NCBI GenBank assembly: GCA_050943115.1
Contig: JBMNON010000004.1
Coordinates: 2,447-66,446 of the forward strand
Length of the DNA: 64,000 bases
Reading direction: 5' to 3'
Source: Patescibacteria group bacterium
GTDB lineage: Bacteria > Patescibacteriota > Microgenomatia > UBA12405
Both the position numbers and the translations under genes were made by a program. This document shows positions 59,181-64,000 of the stretch, piece after piece; the stretch's first letter is position 1, and every line of letters starts with the position of its first letter. The notes below the pieces were generated by a model. The model was not told the origin of the DNA. It made no database searches and was given only the letters and a program-made list of their open reading frames with translations.

Positions 59181-59786
59181 ATGTTCAGAGCTTCAACAAT
59201 ATTAAAAAACGCCCGTCTGGATAAAGACCTGGAAGTTAATGAAGTCGCCAAAAAGTTAAAAATTCCCTCAAAATATATCCAGGCAATTGAATCGGAGGAT
59301 ACTGTCTGTTTCCCGTCAGAGCCTTATTGCTCCCTTATCGTAAAAGATTACGCTGATTTTTTAGGTTTGAACGGGCAGGAAATCCTAAAATTATTCCGTA
59401 GGGATTTTGCCCAGAAGAAAAAAGTAAAAACCGCCAAAAAAGAGTTCTTTTCCTTTACCCCTCAGTTCACCTTTACCGCTTCCATAGTATTTTTTACTCT
59501 CATATTTGCTGCTTACTTAACGTCAGAATACATCAAATTCAACAGTCCGCCTAAACTAAAAATTGAAGCTCCGCATGAAGCCGTCCTTGGTTCTTATATT
59601 GAAGTTTCCGGTAATACCGATCCGGAGTCGGCAGTGAGAATCAATCAGGACTTGGTTATTGTAGATCAAAACGGAAACTTTAATAAAAAGGTCTTGGTGA
59701 ATAATACCAATACCAAAATATTTGTGGAATCCAAATCTCCCAGCGGTAAGGTAACAACTCAGGAAATGATTGTTAATTCCAGGTAA
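59181..59786 (+). CDS. RodZ-like HTH membrane protein with Ig-like C-terminus
   Basis: LKNAR...L...VAKKLKI..KYI.AIE, YADFLGL, TM, PP.L.I..P...VSG.TDP. Confidence 0.75.
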   Translation: MFRASTILKNARLDKDLEVNEVAKKLKIPSKYIQAIESEDTVCFPSEPYCSLIVKDYADFLGLNGQEILKLFRRDFAQKKKVKTAKKEFFSFTPQFTFTASIVFFTLIFAAYLTSEYIKFNSPPKLKIEAPHEAVLGSYIEVSGNTDPESAVRINQDLVIVDQNGNFNKKVLVNNTNTKIFVESKSPSGKVTTQEMIVNSR

Positions 59787-59820
59787 TGACAAAAAAACAT
59801 AAAACCTTTATACTGGTTTC

Positions 59821-60072
59821 ATGGACTCTACACAGATAATAATTCTCCTTTCAATAGTTTCTATTTCGATAGTTGTCATTGTCGGGGGCGTTTGGTTCAT
59901 TATGATTCTTAGGGAACTTAAAACCACCATTTTCAAGGCCAATAGTATTCTGGATGATACTAAACTTATAACATCTTCGGTGGCCCAACCTGTTTCCTCT
60001 GTATCCGAATTTATTATGGGTTTCAAAAATGGCCTCAACCTGTTTAACACTCTCTTCAAAAAGGAGGCATAA
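59821..60072 (+). CDS. Small membrane protein (DUF948/YtxG-like)
   Basis: N-terminal TM then LRELK.TI.KAN.ILDD helix; paired with a YtxH-like gene. Confidence 0.6.
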   Translation: MDSTQIIILLSIVSISIVVIVGGVWFIMILRELKTTIFKANSILDDTKLITSSVAQPVSSVSEFIMGFKNGLNLFNTLFKKEA

Positions 60073-60399
60073 GTGAGTTCTAACCGTCAAGAATGTAATA
60101 ACGATAGCACGAGTAGCTTTTTGTTTGGCCTGCTCCTCGGTGCCATAATCGGTGCGTTGATTGCAATTATCATCTACAAAAATAATAAATCAGAAGTCCT
60201 GTCTGATTTTCAGAAAAAAATTCAGGAGATAGTCGGTAAATTTACCAATCCGACAAGTTCTTCATCCCCAAAAGAAACCGCATCTTTCTTGCCAAAACCC
60301 CCGTCCCCAAAAACGCAAATTTCCACCCAAACCTCGCCGCCCTCGACTTCTTCAAAAAGAAAAACTACCCCAAAAATGTTCATTAAGCCCAAAAGATAG
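60073..60399 (+). CDS. YtxH-like protein
   Basis: SFLFGLLLGAIIGA glycine-zipper TM; S/P/K-rich tail. Confidence 0.6.
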   Translation: MSSNRQECNNDSTSSFLFGLLLGAIIGALIAIIIYKNNKSEVLSDFQKKIQEIVGKFTNPTSSSSPKETASFLPKPPSPKTQISTQTSPPSTSSKRKTTPKMFIKPKR

Positions 60400-60425
60400 C
60401 AGCTTCTTTTGTTATAATCACTTTT

Positions 60426-62204
60426 ATGAAAGCCAGGGAACTAAAAGATAAGTTCATTCACTTTTTCGTTTCAAAAAATCATCAGGAAATCCCTAGTGCC
60501 CCCCTTGTCCCCGAAAACGATCCCACTACTCTCTTTATTTCGGCAGGCATGCACCCTCTGGTTCCGTATTTGCTTGGCCAAAAACATCCCCTCGGCAAGC
60601 GCCTTGTAAACGTCCAAAAATGCGTTAGGACTGGAGATATTGAAGACGTTGGCGATACCTATCATCACACCTTTTTTGAAATGCTTGGCAACTGGTCGCT
60701 GGGGGACTATTTTAAAGATGAAATGATTCCCTGGAGCTATGAGTTTCTGACAAAGGAATTAGGAGTTGACCCAAACCATTTACACGTCACCTGCTTTGAA
60801 GGAGATGTTGATGCTCCCCGGGACGAAGAGAGTGCCGCCATTTGGAAAAGAATGGGCTTGGCCGATAAACAAATTCATTTTCTGCCAAAAGAGGATAATT
60901 GGTGGGGCCCGGCAGGAACACAGGGTCCCTGTGGTCCTGATACTGAAATGTTTATTGACTTAAAACCGGAACTTCCTCATCAGGAGTTCAAAGAAGCTTG
61001 CCATCAGGGACGCTATATCGAAATTTGGAATGACGTTTTCATGGAGTACAACAAAACCGCAACGGGTACATATGAAACCCTTAGCCAGAAAAACGTAGAC
61101 ACCGGTATGGGTGTGGAGAGAACTACTGCTATTCTTTCGGGACTTTCTGATAATTACCTGTCACCAATCTGGCAGCCTATAATTATCAAAATTGAAGAAG
61201 TGTCCGGCAAATCGTACGCTACACCTGAAAACCAAAGACCGATAAGAGTAATTGCCGACCATCTTCGTTCAGCAGTTTTCATTATTGCCGACGGAATTGA
61301 GCCTTCCAACAAAGAAGCCGGCTACGTTCTTAGACGCCTAATCAGACGTGCTATCCGCCAGGCAAAGTTGCTGGGAGTCAGCACAAATTTCACCATGGAA
61401 ATTGCTAAATCAGTTTTGGACAATCAGGATAATTACGCCGGAACTTATCCTGAATTAGATCATTTCAGAGACAAGATCTTAACCGCTCTTGATGGCGAGG
61501 AGAATAAATTCAGGCGTACCCTCGATAATGGACTAAAAGAAATTAACAGGCTTATTAGCCGCCATCAAACCATATCGGGTACCGATGCTTTTAAAATTTA
61601 TGAAAGTTATGGATTCCCCCTGGAAATGATAATCGAAGAGTTGTCAAAAAACGGCCAATCATTAAATGTCGAAGAGTTTAATCAAGCCAAACTAGCCCAC
61701 CAGGAAAAATCCAGAACCCTCTCCTCTGGTAAGTTTAAGAGCGGTCTGTCGGACCAGTCGGAAGTTGTAACCAAATACCATACGGCCACCCATCTTCTTC
61801 ACGCCTCTCTTCGAAAAATATTAGGTAAAGAGGTTCGTCAGGTTGGCTCGAATATTACCAGGGAGCGTCTTCGTTTTGACTTCACTTACCCTGAAAAGTT
61901 GAGTCGGGAACTACTCGAATCTATCCAGAAATTAGTAAATGAAAAAATTAATGAATCTTTACCGGTAACGTGCCGTAATTTGCCCTACCGTCAAGCTATA
62001 GACGAAGGCGCCCTTGCTTTCTTTGAGGGTAAATACCCAGAAAATGTTTCGGTGTATACAATCGGCGAAGGCGATAATATTTTCTCAAAAGAAGTTTGTA
62101 CCGGACCCCATGTTGCCAACACAAAAACTCTTGGGAGCTTGGAAATTACCAAAGAAGAATCAGCCGGTTCAGGCAAAAGACGAATATACGCCACTCTTAA
62201 ATAG
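60426..62204 (+). CDS. alaS: Alanyl-tRNA synthetase (C-terminally truncated)
   Basis: DPTTLF.SAGM, QKCVR, HHTFFEMLGNWS, DTGMG.ER, HTATHLLH, E.C.GPHV; ends RRIYA with no C-Ala domain. Confidence 0.96.
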   Translation: MKARELKDKFIHFFVSKNHQEIPSAPLVPENDPTTLFISAGMHPLVPYLLGQKHPLGKRLVNVQKCVRTGDIEDVGDTYHHTFFEMLGNWSLGDYFKDEMIPWSYEFLTKELGVDPNHLHVTCFEGDVDAPRDEESAAIWKRMGLADKQIHFLPKEDNWWGPAGTQGPCGPDTEMFIDLKPELPHQEFKEACHQGRYIEIWNDVFMEYNKTATGTYETLSQKNVDTGMGVERTTAILSGLSDNYLSPIWQPIIIKIEEVSGKSYATPENQRPIRVIADHLRSAVFIIADGIEPSNKEAGYVLRRLIRRAIRQAKLLGVSTNFTMEIAKSVLDNQDNYAGTYPELDHFRDKILTALDGEENKFRRTLDNGLKEINRLISRHQTISGTDAFKIYESYGFPLEMIIEELSKNGQSLNVEEFNQAKLAHQEKSRTLSSGKFKSGLSDQSEVVTKYHTATHLLHASLRKILGKEVRQVGSNITRERLRFDFTYPEKLSRELLESIQKLVNEKINESLPVTCRNLPYRQAIDEGALAFFEGKYPENVSVYTIGEGDNIFSKEVCTGPHVANTKTLGSLEITKEESAGSGKRRIYATLK

Positions 62205-62237
62205 AGCATCAGCTCAAAATATTGTATCCTTATATAG

Positions 62238-64000
62238 ATGAACCAAACAAATTTTTGGTTGATTTCTATTGACGAAGGTATTGTCTCCGCTTCTTTAATC
62301 CTTCTTAAAGAAAGCAGTTTTTCCATCGCCGCCATAGGTGGTCAGGTGGAATGGCACCAGGAAGACGATACTTCTCTACTAACGGCAGTTGACGGCTCTT
62401 TGTCCCAAGCTGCACTTAAAGCCGGATTATCTGAGGATCAGGAACCGGAAAATGCCGCTTTTATTCTACCTCCTTTTTGGGTCGGATCCGATGGCAAGAT
62501 TGTTGCCGACAAAAAAAAGAATATCGAAAATTTATGTAAAACACTCAATCTTAAACCGATGGGTTTTATTGCCAATGATGAAGCTGTTGTTGAAGAAGCC
62601 AATCTTAGGGATGGTTTTCCCGTCAGCTTTGTTTTACTTAACCTAAGTCAAAGCAGTATAACTATATCCTTAGTATATTTGGGCAAGATCAAAGAAAGGA
62701 TAAAAAAACCCATGCCCAATGAATTCAATCCGTCCTTAGTTGAATCTGCCTTAATAGAATTAAATTCCGAATCAACCCTGCCGCCACAAATACTAGTCTT
62801 TGGCCAAGCCGATGACAATATTATAAACTTACTTAAAAATTACCCCTGGATAGGTAAAAAGGATACTGAAACATTTTTACATTTTCCCGATATTAATCTG
62901 GTTTCCCAGGAAAGCGTCACCAAGATTTATTCCTCGGTTATTGCGTCCCAGATAAACCCCGGAAGCCTCAAAGCATCAGTGCCTATTCCTGCCAGCCGGC
63001 TTGACTCCGAATACAAAACTGAGATAGAACCTGACTCACCTGAAAGTGAACCAGGCCCTTCTGATGACGGACTTGATTACCCGCCCTCTGTTGATACATC
63101 AGAAATCACAGAAAGTTTCTCGTCATTCGACAAGCCGATAAAATTAGCCCAGGAAATCAAGGAAGTTCCTCCTCAAGATCTTGGATTTTCTGTCTCCGAC
63201 TATGACAAACCTCTTGATGATGTCAAGCCTGTCCAGGAAGAGACCTTGCCCTTAATAAACCAACCGGTCTTGGATACACCGTCTGAAACATCTCTTGACA
63301 ATATCCCTATTCCCCAAAAGAAAAAGCTTAATTTGTCTTTACCCAAAATAAATTTCCCTAAATTGAAATTACCGAAATTAAAATTAGCCGGTAGGCTGGT
63401 TTTTATTCTTCCTGCCCTATCTCCCTTACTTCTTCTTATACCTTTCTTTTTCTCGAAGGCAGATATCCGTCTTTTCGTCACCCCTTTTGAATTCGACTAC
63501 GTTAATAATGTTATTTTGGATACTGCAGCAGTCGGTTTCAATAGTAGTCAGAACATTATTCCTGCAGAAAACAAGACCTTAGAATTCACAGTTTCCGACA
63601 GCGTCCCTACCACCGGAGAAAAAACTGTTGGAGAAAAGGCTCAGGGAGAAATCACAATTTATAACAAACAAGACAGAAATCAATCTCTTAAACAGGGAAC
63701 AATCCTGATCGACTCTGATGGTCGGAATTATGAGTTGGTCAACGATGTCTCCGTGGCTTCCAGTAGTTCAGATTTGGATGAAGGCGTTATCAATTTAGGT
63801 CAAACAAAAGCCCTTGTAATTGCCGCCGACATAGGTCCCGAATATAACCTACCCAAAGATGCCAGACTCACTTTTAAAGAACACTCAGATGGAGCCTTAA
63901 TCGCCAAGGCTACCGATCCGTTCGTTGGTGGTAGTAAACGCCAAATAAAGGCCGTAAGCAAAGAGGATAAAACAGCTCTCGAACAAAGGCTTGACTCCAC
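62238..64000 (+). CDS. Bitopic protein: cytoplasmic N-domain, acidic linker, TM, baseplate-J-like extracellular domain (3'-partial)
   Basis: Missing from the ORF track; open from ATG 62238 to the window end. TM at about 63397-63452, then TTGEK.VGEKAQGEITIYN...GT.L...G..Y...V.AADIGPEYN...FVGG. Confidence 0.8.
   Translation, partial: MNQTNFWLISIDEGIVSASLILLKESSFSIAAIGGQVEWHQEDDTSLLTAVDGSLSQAALKAGLSEDQEPENAAFILPPFWVGSDGKIVADKKKNIENLCKTLNLKPMGFIANDEAVVEEANLRDGFPVSFVLLNLSQSSITISLVYLGKIKERIKKPMPNEFNPSLVESALIELNSESTLPPQILVFGQADDNIINLLKNYPWIGKKDTETFLHFPDINLVSQESVTKIYSSVIASQINPGSLKASVPIPASRLDSEYKTEIEPDSPESEPGPSDDGLDYPPSVDTSEITESFSSFDKPIKLAQEIKEVPPQDLGFSVSDYDKPLDDVKPVQEETLPLINQPVLDTPSETSLDNIPIPQKKKLNLSLPKINFPKLKLPKLKLAGRLVFILPALSPLLLLIPFFFSKADIRLFVTPFEFDYVNNVILDTAAVGFNSSQNIIPAENKTLEFTVSDSVPTTGEKTVGEKAQGEITIYNKQDRNQSLKQGTILIDSDGRNYELVNDVSVASSSSDLDEGVINLGQTKALVIAADIGPEYNLPKDARLTFKEHSDGALIAKATDPFVGGSKRQIKAVSKEDKTALEQRLDS

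Noticed and set aside
63450-64000. Prophage or contractile injection system suggested by the baseplate-J-like domain
   Set aside because: The domain is on a TM protein beside housekeeping genes; no integrase, capsid, sheath or tube genes are visible in the window
1-64000. Alternative genetic code (TGA=Gly), tRNA/rRNA genes, IS elements, retroelements
   Set aside because: Conserved genes are full length under code 11 and TGA acts as stop; intergenic gaps are short and no cloverleaf, rRNA, transposase or reverse transcriptase motifs were seen

Overview
Gene-dense, AT-rich bacterial chromosome segment using standard code 11 (TGA ends alr at 39920). Gene content and style suggest a Patescibacteria/CPR organism of the Microgenomates type (inference): minimal IF2, truncated AlaRS, protease-less Lon module, Pro/Thr-stalked surface proteins and widespread leaderless genes. 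Housekeeping genes include korAB, sod, map, folD, tatD, metG, rpsT, murJ, pcrA, a femAB-family gene, gatCAB, a UvrD-nuclease fusion, dut, alr, rmuC, hrcA-grpE-dnaK-dnaJ, nusA-infB, rpsO-pnp, udg, rnj, proS, ftsK and alaS. The most interesting material concerns the cell surface. (1) Two secreted proteins at 1-1244 share a TGxN...TGDA repeat and sit on a transcript with an upstream SD/start-stop element and a strong intergenic hairpin, a candidate fibre system. (2) A sortase domain sits at the far end of a Cys-rich, Pro/Thr-stalked surface protein, and two putative substrates are encoded about 10 kb away. (3) A prenyl-phospho-pentose donor pathway (UbiA/DPPR synthase plus PAP2) and three GT-C enzymes follow those substrates and pilN/pilO. 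Candidate cis-elements include a CIRCE box, a nusA attenuator and a structured rpsO leader. No rRNA, tRNA, CRISPR array or mobile element was recognised. All family calls come from reading motifs by eye, not from database searches.
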